Shown here: piece after piece, positions 12,894-27,800 of the stretch
Layout: every line of letters begins with the position of its first letter
How positions within the stretch are numbered: the first letter of the stretch is position 1
Assembly (NCBI GenBank): GCA_964057225.1
Contig: OZ059895.1
Coordinates: 3,906,001 to 3,970,000, forward strand
Direction: 5' to 3'
DNA: 64,000 nt
Origin: Auanema rhodensis
Lineage: Eukaryota; Animalia; Nematoda
The notes under the pieces: model-generated
Told to the model about the DNA's origin: nothing
The model's input: the letters and a program-made list of their open reading frames with translations, nothing else
Database searches by the model: none
Translations under genes and position numbers: made by a program

Positions 12894-15800
12894 AAAAAAT
12901 TAATTCTTCAGGGTGAAAATCGAGGATATAAGTGTGAACTTATATCAGTTGATATCTCGGTGCATTTTTAAGCTAGCGCAAATCTGATAACACAGATCGA
13001 CGCAGCTTAAAAGTCCGCATCGAATGCACTATACTACATTGAAAAACGCTTAATACAAAAATTAGTTATGATTGTTTGAAAAATGATGCATTAGTGTATG
13101 TTGAGTTTCCATGTACACTCAACATTGCTTCCAAAAACATTTTGACAAAAATGTTTTCAAAAAATTTCAAAATAATTTAGCAAAAAGTAGATGTTTTTAG
13201 ATTCCCTTTTTCAAGGCAAAGTCGATGGACAATGTTATTCAACGAAAAAATTAATTCTTCAGGGTGAAAATCGAGGATATAAGTGTGAACTCATATCAGT
13301 TGATATCTCGGTGCATTTTTAAGCTAGCGCAAATCTGATAACACAGATCGACGCAGCTTAAAAGTCCGCATCGAATGCACTATACTACATTGAAAAACGC
13401 TTAATACAAAAATTAGTTATGATTGTTTGAAAAATGATGCATTAGTGTATGTTGAGTTTCCATGTACACTCAACATTGCTTCCAAAAACATTTTGACAAA
13501 AATGTTTTCAAAAAATTTCAAAATAATTTAGCAAAAAGTAGATGTTTTTAGATTCCCTTTTTCAAGGCAAAGTCGATGGACAATGTTATTCAACGAAAAA
13601 ATTAATTCTTCAGGGTGAAAATCGAGGATATAAGTGTGAACTCATATCAGTTGATATCTCGGTACATTTTTAAGCTAGCGCAAATCTGATAACACAGATC
13701 GACGCAGCTTAAAAATCCGCATCGAATGCACTATACTTCATTGAAAAACGCTTAATACAAAAATTAGTTATGATCGTTTGAAAAATGATGCATTAGTGTA
13801 TGTTGAGTTTCCATGTACACTCAACATTGCTTCCAAAAACATTTTGACAAAAATTTTTTCAAAAAATTTCAAAATAATTTAGCAAAAAGTAGATGTTTTT
13901 AGATTCCTTTTTTCAAGGCAAAGACGATGGACAATGTTATTCAACGAAAAAATTAATTCTTCAGGGTGAAAATCGAGGATATAAGTGTGAACTCATATCA
14001 GTTGATATCTCGGTACATTTTTAAGCTAGCGCAAATCTGATAACACAGATCGACGCAGCTTAAAAATCCGCATCGAATGCACTATACTTCATTGAAAAAC
14101 GCTTAATACAAAAATTAGTTATGATCGTTTGAAAAATGATGCATTAGTGTATGTTGAGTTTCCATGTACACTCAACATTGCTTCCAAAAACATTTTGACA
14201 AAAATGTTTTCAAAAAATTTCAAAATAATTTAGCAAAAAGTAGATGTTTTTAGATTCCTTTTTTTATGGCAAAGACGATGGACAATGTTATTCAACGTAA
14301 AAATTAATTCTTCAGGGTGAAAATCGAGGATATAAGTGTGAACTCATATCAGTTGATATCTCGGTACATTTTTAAGCTAGCGCAAATCTGATAACACAGA
14401 TCGACGCAGCTTAAAAATCCGCATCGAAAGCACTATACTACATTGAGAAACGCTTAATACAAAAATTAGTTATGATCGTTTGAAAAATGATGCATTAGTG
14501 TATGTTGAGTTTCCATGTACACTCAACATTGCTTCCAAAAACATTTTGACAAAAAGTTTTTCGAAAAATTTCAGAATAATTTAGCAAAAAGTAGATGTTT
14601 TTAGATTCCTTTTTTTATGGCAAAGACGATGGACAATGTTATTCAACGTAAAAATTAATTCTTCAGGGTGAAAATCGAGGATATAAGTGTGAACTTATAT
14701 CAGTTGATATCTCGGTGCATTTTTAAGCTAGCGCAAATCTGATAACACAGATCGACGCAGCTTAAAAATCCGCATCGAAAGCACTATACTACATTGAGAA
14801 ACGCTTAATACAAAAATTAGTTTAGATCGTTTGAAAAATGATGCATTAGTGTATGTTGAGTTTCCATGTACACTCAACATTGCTTCCAAAAACATTTTGA
14901 CAAAAAGTTTTTCGAAAAATTTCAGAATAATTTAGCAAAAAGTAGATGTTTTTAGATTCCTTTTTTCAAGGCAAAGACGATGGACAATGTTATTCAACGA
15001 AAAAATTAATTCTTCAGGGTGAAAATCGAGGATATAAGTGTGAACTCATATCAGTTGATATCTCGGTACATTTTTAAGCTAGCGCAAATCTGATAACACA
15101 GATCGACGCAGCTTAAAAATCCGCATCGAAAGCACTATACTACATTGAGAAACGCTTAATACAAAAATTAGTTTAGATCGTTTGAAAAATGATGCATTAG
15201 TGTATGTTGAGTTTCCATGTACACTCAACATTGCTTCCAAAAACATTTTGACAAAAATTTTTTCGTTAAATTTCATAATAATTCAGCAAAAAGTAGATGT
15301 TTTTAGATTCCTTTTTTCAAGGCAAAGACGATGGACAATGTTATTCAACGAAAAAATTAATTCTTCAGGGTGAAAATCGAGGATATAAGTGTGAACTTAT
15401 ATCAGTTGATATCTCGGTGCATTTTTAAGCTAGCGCAAATCTGATAACACAGATCGACGCAGCTTAAAAATCCGCATCGAATGCACTATACTACATTGAG
15501 AAACGCTTAATACAAAAATTAGTTTAGATCGTTTGAAAAATGATGCATTAGTGTATGTTGAGTTTCCATGTACACTCAACATTGCTTCCAAAAACATTTT
15601 GACAAAAATTTTTTCGAAAAATTTCAGAATAATTCAGCAAAAAGTAGATGTTTTTAGATTCCTTTTTTCAAGGCAAAGACGATGGACAATGTTATTCAAC
15701 GAAAAAATTAATTCTTCAGGGTGAAAATCGAGGAAATAAGTGTGAACTTATATCAGTTGATATCTCGGTGCATTTATAAGCTAGCGCAAATCTGATAACA

Positions 15801-18800
15801 CAGATCGACGCAGCTTAAAAATCCGCATCGAATGCACTATACTACATTGAAAAACGCTTAATACAAAAATTAGTTATGATCGTTTGAAAAATGATGCATT
15901 AGTGTATGTTGAGTTTCCATGTACACTCAACATTGCTTCCAAAAACATTTTGACAAAAATGTTTTCAAAACATTTCAAAATAATTTAGCAAAAAGTAGAT
16001 GCTTTTAGATTCCTTTTTTCAAGGCAAAGACGATGGACAATGTTATTCAACGAAAAAATTAATTCTTCAGGGTGAAAATCGAGGATATAAGTGTGAACTC
16101 ATATCAGTTGATATCTCGGTACATTTTTAAGCTAGCGCAAATCTGATAACACAGATCGACGCAGCTTAAAAATCCGCATCGAATGCACTATACTTCATTG
16201 AAAAACGCTTAATACAAAAATTAGTTATGATCGTTTGAAAAATGATGCATTAGTGTATGTTGAGTTTCCATGTACACTCAACATTGCTTCCAAAAACATT
16301 TTGACAAAAAGTTTTTCGAAAAATTTCAGAATAATTTAGCAAAAAGTAGATGTTTTTAGATTCCTTTTCTCATGGCAAAGACGATGGACAATGTTATTCA
16401 ACGAAAAAATTAATTCTTCAGGGTGAAAATCGAGGATATAAGTGTGAACTTATATCAGTTGATATCTCGGTGCATTTATAAGCTAGCGCAAATCTGATAA
16501 CACAGATCGACGCAGCTTAAAAATCCGCATCGAATGCACTATACTACATTGAAAAACGCTTAATACAAAAATTAGTTATGATCGTTTGAAAAATGATGCA
16601 TTAGTGTATGTTGAGTTTCCATGTACACTCAACATTGCTTCCAAAAACATTTTGACAAAAATTTTTTCAAAACATTTCAAAATAATTTAGCAAAAAGTAG
16701 ATGTTTTTAGATTCCTTTTTTCAAGGCAAAGACGATGGACAATGTTATTCAACGAAAAAATTAATTCTTCAGGGTGAAAATCGAGGATATAAGTGTGAAC
16801 TTATATCAGTTGATATCTCGGTGCATTTTTAAGCTAGCGCATATCTGATAACACAGATCGACGCAGCTTAAAAATCCGCATCGAATGCACTATACTACAT
16901 TGAAAAACGCTTAATACAAAAATTAGTTATGATCGTTTGAAAAATGATGCATTAGTGTATGTTGAGTTTCCATGTACACTCAACATTGCTTCCAAAAACA
17001 TTTTGACAAAAATTTTTTCAAAAAATTTCAAAATAATTTAGCAAAAAGTAGATGTTTTTAGATTCCTTTTTTCAAGGCAAAGACGATGGACAATGTTATT
17101 CAACGAAAAAATTAATTCTTCAGGGTGAAAATCGAGGATATAAGTGTGAACTTATATCAGTTGATATCTTGGTGCATTTATAAGCTAGCGCAAATCTGAT
17201 AACACAGATCGACGCAGCTTAAAAATCCGCATCGAATGCACTATACTACATTGAAAAACGCTTAATACAAAAATTAGTTATGATCGTTTGAAAAATGATG
17301 CATTAGTGTATGTTGAGTTTCCATGTACACTCAACATTGCTTCCAAAAACATTTTGACAAAAATGTTTTCAAAAAATTTCAAAATAATTTAGCAAAAAGT
17401 AGATGCTTTTAGATTCCTTTTTTCAAGGCAAAGACGATGGACAATGTTATTCAACGAAAAAATTAATTCTTCAGGGTGAAAATCGAGGATATAAGTGTGA
17501 ACTCATATCAGTTGATATCTCGGTACATTTTTAAGCTAGCGCAAATCTGATAACACAGATCGACGCAGCTTAAAAATCCGCATCGAATGCACTATACTTC
17601 ATTGAAAAACGCTTAATACAAAAATTAGTTATGATCGTTTGAAAAATGATGCATTAGTGTATGTTGAGTTTCCATGTACACTCAACATTGCTTCCAAAAA
17701 CATTTTGACAAAAAGTTTTTCAAAAAATTTCAGAATAATTTAGCAAAAAGTAGATGTTTTTAGATTCCTTTTTTTATGGCAAAGACGATGGACAATGTTA
17801 TTCAACGTAAAAATTAATTCTTCAGGGTGAAAATCGAGGATATAAGTGTGAACTTATATCAGTTGATATCTCGGTGCATTTTTAAGCTAGCGCAAATCTG
17901 ATAACACAGATCGACGCAGCTTAAAAATCCGCATCGAAAGCACTATACTACATTGAGAAACGCTTAATACAAAAATTAGTTTAGATCGTTTGAAAAATGA
18001 TGCATTAGTGTATGTTGAGTTTCCATGTACACTCAACATTGCTTCCAAAAACATTTTGACAAAAAGTTTTTCAAAAAATTTCAGAATAATTTAGCAAAAA
18101 GTAGATGTTTTTAGATTCCTTTTTTTATGGCAAAGACGATGGACAATGTTATTCAACGTAAAAATTAATTCTTCAGGGTGAAAATCGAGGATATAAGTGT
18201 GAACTTATATCAGTTGATATCTCGGTGCATTTTTAAGCTAGCGCAAATCTGATAACACAGATCGACGCAGCTTAAAAATCCGCATCGAAAGCACTATACT
18301 ACATTGAGAAACGCTTAATACAAAAATTAGTTTAGATCGTTTGAAAAATGATGCATTAGTGTATGTTGAGTTTCCATGTACACTCAACATTGCTTCCAAA
18401 AACATTTTGACAAAAAGTTTTTCGAAAAATTTCAGAATAATTTAGCAAAAAGTAGATGTTTTTAGATTCCTTTTCTCATGGCAAAGACGATGGACAATGT
18501 TATTCAACGAAAAAATTAATTCTTCAGGGTGAAAATCGAGGATATATGTGTGAACTTATATCAGTTGATATCTCGGTGCATTTATAAGCTAGCGCAAATC
18601 TGATAACACAGATCGACGCAGCTTAAAAATCCGCATCGAATGCACTATACTACATTGAAAAACGCTTAATACAAAAATTAGTTATGATCGTTTGAAAAAT
18701 GATGCATTAGTGTATGTTGAGTTTCCATGTACACTCAACATTGCTTCCAAAAACATTTTGACAAAAAGTTTTTCAAAAAATTTCAGAATAATTTAGCAAA

Positions 18801-21800
18801 AAGTAGATGTTTTTAGATTCCTTTTTTTATGGCAAAGACGATGGACAATGTTATTCAACGTAAAAATTAATTCTTCAGGGTGAAAATCGAGGATATAAGT
18901 GTGAACTTATATCAGTTGATATCTCGGTGCATTTTTAAGCTTGCGCATATCTGATAACACAGATCGACGCAGCTTAAAAATCCGCATCGAATGCACTATA
19001 CTACATTGAAAAACGCTTAATACAAAAATTAGTTTAGATCGTTTGAAAAATGATGCATTAGTGTATGTTGAGTTTCCATGTACACTCAACATTGCTTCCA
19101 AAAACATTTTGACAAAAAGTTTTTCGAAAAATTTCAGAATAATTTAGCAAAAAGTAGATGTTTTTAGATTCCTTTTCTCATGGCAAAGACGATGGACAAT
19201 GTTATTCAACGAAAAAATTAATTCTTCAGGGTGAAAATCGAGGATATAAGTGTGAACTTATATCAGTTGATATCTTGGTGCATTTATAAGCTAGCGCAAA
19301 TCTGATAACACAGATCGACGCAGCTTAAAAATCCGCATCGAATGCACTATACTACATTGAAAAACGCTTAATACAAAAATTAGTTATGATCGTTTGAAAA
19401 ATGATGCATTAGTGTATGTTGAGTTTCCATGTACACTCAACATTGCTTCCAAAAACATTTTGACAAAAATTTTTTCAAAACATTTCAAAATAATTTAGCA
19501 AAAAGTAGATGTTTTTAGATTCCTTTTTTCAAGGCAAAGACGATGGACAATGTAATTCAACGAAAAAATTAATTCTTCAGGGTGAAAATCGAGGATATAA
19601 GTGTGAACTTATATCAGTTGATATCTCGGTGCATTTTTAAGCTTGCGCATATCTGATAACACAGATCGACGCAGCTTAAAAATCCGCATCGAATGCACTA
19701 TACTACATTGAAAAACGCTTAATACAAAAATTAGTTATGATCGTTTGAAAAATGATGCATTAGTGTATGTTGAGTTTCCATGTACACTCAACATTGCTTC
19801 CAAAAACATTTTGACAAAAATTTTTTCAAAACATTTCAAAATAATTTAGCAAAAAGTAGATGTTTTTAGATTCCTTTTTTCAAGGCAAAGACGATGGACA
19901 ATGTAATTCAACGAAAAAATTAATTCTTCAGGGTGAAAATCGAGGATATAAGTGTGAACTTATATCAGTTGATATCTCGGTGCATTTTTAAGCTTGCGCA
20001 TATCTGATAACACAGATCGACGCAGCTTAAAAATCCGCATCGAATGCACTATACTACATTGAAAAACGCTTAATACAAAAATTAGTTATGATCGTTTGAA
20101 AAATGATGCATTAGTGTATGTTGAGTTTCCATGTACACTCAACATTGCTTCCAAAAACATTTTGACAAAAATTTTTTCAAAAAATTTCAAAATAATTTAG
20201 CAAAAAGTAGATGTTTTTAGATTCCTTTTTTCAAGGCAAAGACGATGGACAATGTTATTCAACGAAAAAATTAATTCTTCAGGGTGAAAATCGAGGATAT
20301 AAGTGTGAACTTATATCAGTTGATATCTTGGTGCATTTATAAGCTAGCGCAAATCTGATAACACAGATCGACGCAGCTTAAAAATCCGCATCGAATGCAC
20401 TATACTACATTGAAAAACGCTTAATACAAAAATTAGTTATGATCGTTTGAAAAATGATGCATTAGTGTATGTTGAGTTTCCATGTACACTCAACATTGCT
20501 TCCAAAAACATTTTGACAAAAATGTTTTCAAAAAATTTCAAAATAATTTAGCAAAAAGTAGATGCTTTTAGATTCCTTTTTTCAAGGCAAAGACGATGGA
20601 CAATGTTATTCAACGAAAAAATTAATTCTTCAGGGTGAAAATCGAGGATATAAGTGTGAACTCATATCAGTTGATATCTCGGTACATTTTTAAGCTAGCG
20701 CAAATCTGATAACACAGATCGACGCAGCTTAAAAATCCGCATCGAATGCACTATACTTCATTGAAAAACGCTTAATACAAAAATTAGTTATGATCGTTTG
20801 AAAAATGATGCATTAGTGTATGTTGAGTTTCCATGTACACTCAACATTGCTTCCAAAAACATTTTGACAAAAAGTTTTTCAAAAAATTTCAGAATAATTT
20901 AGCAAAAAGTAGATGTTTTTAGATTCCTTTTTTTATGGGAAAGACGATGGACAATGTTATTCAACGTAAAAATTAATTCTTCAGGGTGAAAATCGAGGAT
21001 ATAAGTGTGAACTTATATCAGTTGATATCTTGGTGCATTTATAAGCTAGCGCAAATCTGATAACACAGATCGACGCAGCTTAAAAATCCGCATCGAATGC
21101 ACTATACTACATTGAAAAACGCTTAATACAAAAATTAGTTATGATCGTTTGAAAAATGATGCATTAGTGTATGTTGAGTTTCCATGTACACTCAACATTG
21201 CTTCCAAAAACATTTTGACAAAAAGTTTTTCAAAAAATTTCAGAATAATTTAGCAAAAAGTAGATGTTTTTAGATTCCTTTTTTTATGGCAAAGACGATG
21301 GACAATGTTATTCAACGTAAAAATTAATTCTTCAGGGTGAAAATCGAGGATATAAGTGTGAACTTATATCAGTTGATATCTCGGTGCATTTTTAAGCTAG
21401 CGCAAATCTGATAACACAGATCGACGCAGCTTAAAAATCCGCATCGAAAGCACTATACTACATTGAGAAACGCTTAATACAAAAATTAGTTTAGATCGTT
21501 TGAAAAATGATGCATTAGTGTATGTTGAGTTTCCATGTACACTCAACATTGCTTCCAAAAACATTTTGACAAAAATTTTTTCGAAAAATTTCAGAATAAT
21601 TCAGCAAAAAGTAGATGTTTTTAGATTCCTTTTTTCAAGGCAAAGACGATGGACAATGTTATTCAACGAAAAATTTAATTCTTCAGGGTGAAAATCGAGG
21701 ATATAAGTGTGAACTTATATCAGTTGATATCTCGGTGCATTTTTAAGCTAGCGCAAATCTGATAACACAGATCGACGCAGCTTAAAAATCCGCATCGAAT

Positions 21801-24800
21801 GCACTATACTACATTGAAAAACGCTTAATACAAAAATTAGTTTAGATCGTTTGAAAAATGATGCATTAGTGTATGTTGAGTTTCCATGTACACTCAACAT
21901 TGCTTCCAAAAACATTTTGACAAAAATTTTTTCGAAAAATTTCAGAATAATTCAGCAAAAAGTAGATGTTTTTAGATTCCTTTTTTCAAGGCAAAGACGA
22001 TGGACAATGTTATTCATCGAAAAAATTAATTCTTCAGGGTGAAAATCGAGGATATAAGTGTGAACTTATATCAGTTGATATCTCGGTGCATTTATAAGCT
22101 AGCGCAAATCTGATAACACAGATCGACGCAGCTTAAAAATCCGCATCGAATGCACTATACTACATTGAAAAACGCTTAATACAAAAATTAGTTTAGATCG
22201 TTTGAAAAATGATGCATTAGTGTATGTTGAGTTTCCATGTACACTCAACATTGCTTCCAAAAACATTTTGACAAAAAGTTTTTCAAAAAATTTCAGAATA
22301 ATTTAGCAAAAAGTAGATGTTTTTAGATTCCTTTTTTTATGGCAAAGACGATGGACAATGTTATTCAACGTAAAAATTAATTCTTCAGGGTGAAAATCGA
22401 GGATATAAGTGTGAACTTATATCAGTTGATATCTTGGTGCATTTATAAGCTAGCGCAAATCTGATAACACAGATCGACGCAGCTTAAAAATCCGCATCGA
22501 ATGCACTATACTACATTGAAAAACGCTTAATACAAAAATTAGTTATGATCGTTTGAAAAATGATGCATTAGTGTATGTTGAGTTTCCATGTACACTCAAC
22601 ATTGCTTCCAAAAACATTTTGACAAAAAGTTTTTCAAAAAATTTCAGAATAATTTAGCAAAAAGTAGATGTTGTTAGATTCCTTTTTTTATGGCAAAGAC
22701 GATGGACAATGTTATTCAACGTAAAAATTAATTCTTCAGGGTGAAAATCGAGGATATAAGTGTGAACTTATATCAGTTGTTATCTCGGTGCATTTTTAAG
22801 CTAGCGCAAATCTGATAACACAGATCGACGCAGCTTAAAAATCCGCATCGAAAGCACTATACTACATTGAGAAACGCTTAATACAAAAATTAGTTTAGAT
22901 CGTTTGAAAAATGATGCATTAGTGTATGTTGAGTTTCCATGTACACTCAACATTGCTTCCAAAAACATTTTGACAAAAATTTTTTCGAAAAATTTCAGAA
23001 TAATTCAGCAAAAAGTAGATGTTTTTAGATTCCTTTTTTCAAGGCAAAGACGATGGACAATGTTATTCAACGAAAAATTTAATTCTTCAGGGTGAAAATC
23101 GAGGATATAAGTGTGAACTTATATCAGTTGATATCTCGGTGCATTTTTAAGCTAGCGCAAATCTGATAACACAGATCGACGCAGCTTAAAAATCCGCATC
23201 GAATGCACTATACTACATTGAGAAACGCTTAATACAAAAATTAGTTTAGATCGTTTGAAAAATGATGCATTAGTGTATGTTGAGTTTCCATGTACACTCA
23301 ACATTGCTTCCAAAAACATTTTGACAAAAATTTTTTCGAAAAATTTCAGAATAATTCAGCAAAAAGTAGATGTTTTTAGATTTCTTTTTTCAAGGCAAAG
23401 ACGATGGACAATGTTATTCATCGAAAAAATTAATTCTTCAGGGTGAAAATCGAGGATAAAAGTGTGAACTTATATCAGTTGATATCTCGGTGCATTTATA
23501 AGCTAGCGCAAATCTGATAACACAGATCGACGCAGCTTAAAAATCCGCATCGAATGCACTATACTACATTGAAAAACGCTTAATACAAAAATTAGTTATG
23601 ATCGTTTGAAAAATGATGCATTAGTGTATGTTGAGTTTCCATGTACGCTCAACATTGCTTCCAAAAACATTTTGACAAAAATTTTTTCAAAACATTTCAA
23701 AATAATTTAGCAAAAAGTAGATGTTTTTAGATTCCTTTTTTCAAGGCAAAGACGATGGACAATGTTATTCAACGAAAAATTTAATTCTTCAGGGTGAAAA
23801 TCGAGGATATAAGTGTGAACTTATATCAGTTGATATCTCGGTGCATTTTTAAGCTAGCGCAAATCTGATAACACAGATCGACGCAGCTTAAAAATCCGCA
23901 TCGAATGCACTATACTACATTGAGAAACGCTTAATACAAAAATTAGTTTAGATCGTTTGAAAAATGATGCATTAGTGTATGTTGAGTTTCCATGTACACT
24001 CAACATTGCTTCCAAAAACATTTTGACAAAAATTTTTTCGAAAAATTTCAGAATAATTCAGCAAAAAGTAGATGTTTTTAGATTCCTTTTTTCAAGGCAA
24101 AGACGATGGACAATGTTATTCATCGAAAAAATTAATTCTTCAGGGTGAAAATCGAGGATATAAGTGTGAACTTATATCAGTTGATATCTCGGTGCATTTA
24201 TAAGCTAGCGCAAATCTGATAACACAGATCGACGCAGCTTAAAAATCCGCATCGAATGCACTATACTACATTGAAAAACGCTTAATACAAAAATTAGTTA
24301 TGATCGTTTGAAAAATGATGCATTAGTGTATGTTGAGTTTCCATGTACACTCAACATTGCTTCCAAAAACATTTTGACAAAAATGTTTTCAAAAAATTTC
24401 AAAATAATTTAGCAAAAAGTAGATGCTTTTAGATTCCTTTTTTCAAGGCAAAGACGATGGACAATGTTATTCAACGAAAAAATTAATTCTTCAGGGTGAA
24501 AATCGAGGATATAAGTGTGAACTTATATCAGTTGATATCTCGGTGCATTTTTAAGCTAGCGCAAATCTGATAACACAGATCGACGCAGCTTAAAAATCCG
24601 CATCGAATGCACTATACTACATTGAGAAACGCTTAATACAAAAATTAGTTTAGATCGTTTGAAAAATGATGCATTAGTGTATGTTGAGTTTCCATGTACA
24701 CTCAACATTGCTTCCAAAAACATTTTGACAAAAATTTTTTCGAAAAATTTCAGAATAATTCAGCAAAAAGTAGATGTTTTTAGATTCCTTTTTTCAAGGC

Positions 24801-27800
24801 AAAGACGATGGACAATGTTATTCATCGAAAAAATTAATTCTTCAGGGTGAAAATCGAGGATATAAGTGTGAACTTATATCAGTTGATATCTCGGTGCATT
24901 TATAAGCTAGCGCAAATCTGATAACACAGATCGACGCAGCTTAAAAATCCGCATCGAATGCACTATACTACATTGAAAAACGCTTAATACAAAAATTAGT
25001 TATGATCGTTTGAAAAATGATGCATTAGTGTATGTTGAGTTTCCATGTACACTCAACATTGCTTCCAAAAACATTTTGACAAAAATTTTTTCAAAAAATT
25101 TCAAAATAATTTAGCAAAAAGTAGATGTTTTTAGATTCCTTTTTTCAAGGCAAAGACGATGGACAATGTTATTCAACGAAAAAATTAATTCTTCAGGGTG
25201 AAAATCGAGGATATAAGTGTGAACTTATATCAGTTGATATCTTGGTGCATTTATAAGCTAGCGCAAATCTGATAACACAGATCGACGCAGCTTAAAAATC
25301 CGCATCGAATGCACTATACTACATTGAAAAACGCTTAATACAAAAATTAGTTATGATCGTTTGAAAAATGATGCATTAGTGTATGTTGAGTTTCCATGTA
25401 CACTCAACATTGCTTCCAAAAACATTTTGACAAAAATGTTTTCAAAAAATTTCAAAATAATTTAGCAAAAAGTAGATGCTTTTAGATTCCTTTTTTCAAG
25501 GCAAAGTCGATGGACAATGTTATTCAACGAAAAAATTAATTCTTCAGGGTGAAAATCGAGGATATAAGTGTGAACTCATATCAGTTGATATCTCGGTACA
25601 TTTTTAAGCTAGCGCAAATCTGATAACACAGATCGACGCAGCTTAAAAATCCGCATCGAATGCACTATACTTCATTGAAAAACGCTTAATACAAAAATTA
25701 GTTATGATCGTTTGAAAAATGATGCATTAGTGTATGTTGAGTTTCCATGTACACTCAACATTGCTTCCAAAAACATTTTGACAAAAATTTTTTCAAAAAA
25801 TTTCAAAATAATTTAGCAAAAAGTAGATGTTTTTAGATTCCTTTTTTCAAGGCAAAGACGATGGACAATGTTATTCAACGAAAAAATTAATTCTTCAGGG
25901 TGAAAATCGAGGATATAAGTGTGAACTCATATCAGTTGATATCTCGGTACATTTTTAAGCTAGCGCAAATCTGATAACACAGATCGACGCAGCTTAAAAA
26001 TCCGCATCGAATGCACTATACTTCATTGAAAAACGCTTAATACAAAAATTAGTTATGATCGTTTGAAAAATGATGCATTAGTGTATGTTGAGTTTCCATG
26101 TACACTCAACATTGCTTCCAAAAACATTTTGACAAAAAGTTTTTCGAAAAATTTCAGAATAATTTAGCAAAAAGTAGATGTTTTTAGATTCCTTTTTTCA
26201 TGGCAAAGACGATGGACAATGTTATTCAACGAAAAAATTAATTCTTCAGGGTGAAAATTGAGGATATAAGTGTGAACTTATATCAGTTGATATCTCGGTG
26301 CATTTATAAGCTAGCGCAAATCTGATAACACAGATCGACGCAGCTTAAAAATCCCCATCGAATGCACTATACTACATTGAAAAACGCTTAATACAAAAAT
26401 TAGTTATGATCGTTTGAAAAATGATGCATTAGTGTATGTTGAGTTTCCATGTACACTCAACATTGCTTCCAAAAACATTTTGACAAAAAGTTTTTCGAAA
26501 AATTTCAGAATAATTTAGCAAAAAGTAGATGTTTTTAGATTCCTTTTTTTATGGCAAAGATGATGGACAATGTTATTCAACGTAAAAATTAATTCTTCAG
26601 GGTGAAAATCGAGGATATAAGTGTGAACTTATATCAGTTGATATCTCGGTGCATTTTTAAGCTAGCGCAAATCTGATAACACAGATCGACGCAGCTTAAA
26701 AATCCGCATCGAATGCACTATACTACATTGAGAAACGCTTAATACAAAAATTAGTTTAGATCGTTTGAAAAATGATGCATTAGTGTATGTTGAGTTTCCA
26801 TGTACACTCAACATTGCTTCCAAAAACATTTTGACAAAAATTTTTTCGAAAAATTTCAGAATAATTCAGCAAAAAGTAAATGTTTTTAGATTCCTTTTTT
26901 CAAGGCAAAGACGATGGACAATGTTATTCAACGAAAAAATTAATTCTTCAGGGTGAAAATCGAGGATATAAGTGTGAACTTATATCAGTTGATATCTCGG
27001 TGCATTTATAAGCTAGCGCAAATCTGATAACACAGATCGACGCAGCTTAAAAATCCGCATCGAATGCACTATACTACATTGAAAAACGCTTAATACAAAA
27101 ATTAGTTTAGATCGTTTGAAAAATGATGCATTAGTGTATGTTGAGTTTCCATGTACACTCAACATTGCTTCCAAAAACATTTTGACAAAAATTTTTTCGA
27201 AAAATTTCAGAATAATTCAGCAAAAAGTAGATGTTTTTAGATTCCTTTTTTTATGGCAAAGATGATGGACAATGTTATTCAACGAAAAAATTAATTCTTC
27301 AGGGTGAAAATCGAGGATATAAGTGTGAACTCATATCAGTTGATATCTCGGTACATTTTTAAGCTAGCGCAAATCTGATAACACAGATCGACGCAGCTTA
27401 AAAATCCGCATCGAATGCACTATACTTCATTGAAAAACGCTTAATACAAAAATTAGTTATGATCGTTTGAAAAATGATGCATTAGTGTATGTTGAGTTTC
27501 CATGTACACTCAACATTGCTTCCAAAAACATTTTGACAAAAAGTTTTTCGAAAAATTTCAGAATAATTTAGCAAAAAGTAGATGTTTTTAGATTCCTTTT
27601 TTCATGGCAAAGACGATGGACAATGTTATTCAACGAAAAAATTAATTCTTCAGGGTGAAAATTGAGGATATAAGTGTGAACTTATATCAGTTGATATCTC
27701 GGTGCATTTATAAGCTAGCGCAAATCTGATAACACAGATCGACGCAGCTTAAAAATCCCCATCGAATGCACTATACTACATTGAAAAACGCCTAATACAA

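Noticed and set aside
12895-12915. Hammerhead ribozyme core in satellite B (minus-strand CTGAAGA; plus-strand CTGATAA)
   Set aside because: CUGANGA is not followed by a pairable stem II and a correctly placed GAAA; the plus-strand word does not match the consensus. An Infernal/RNAMotif search would settle it.
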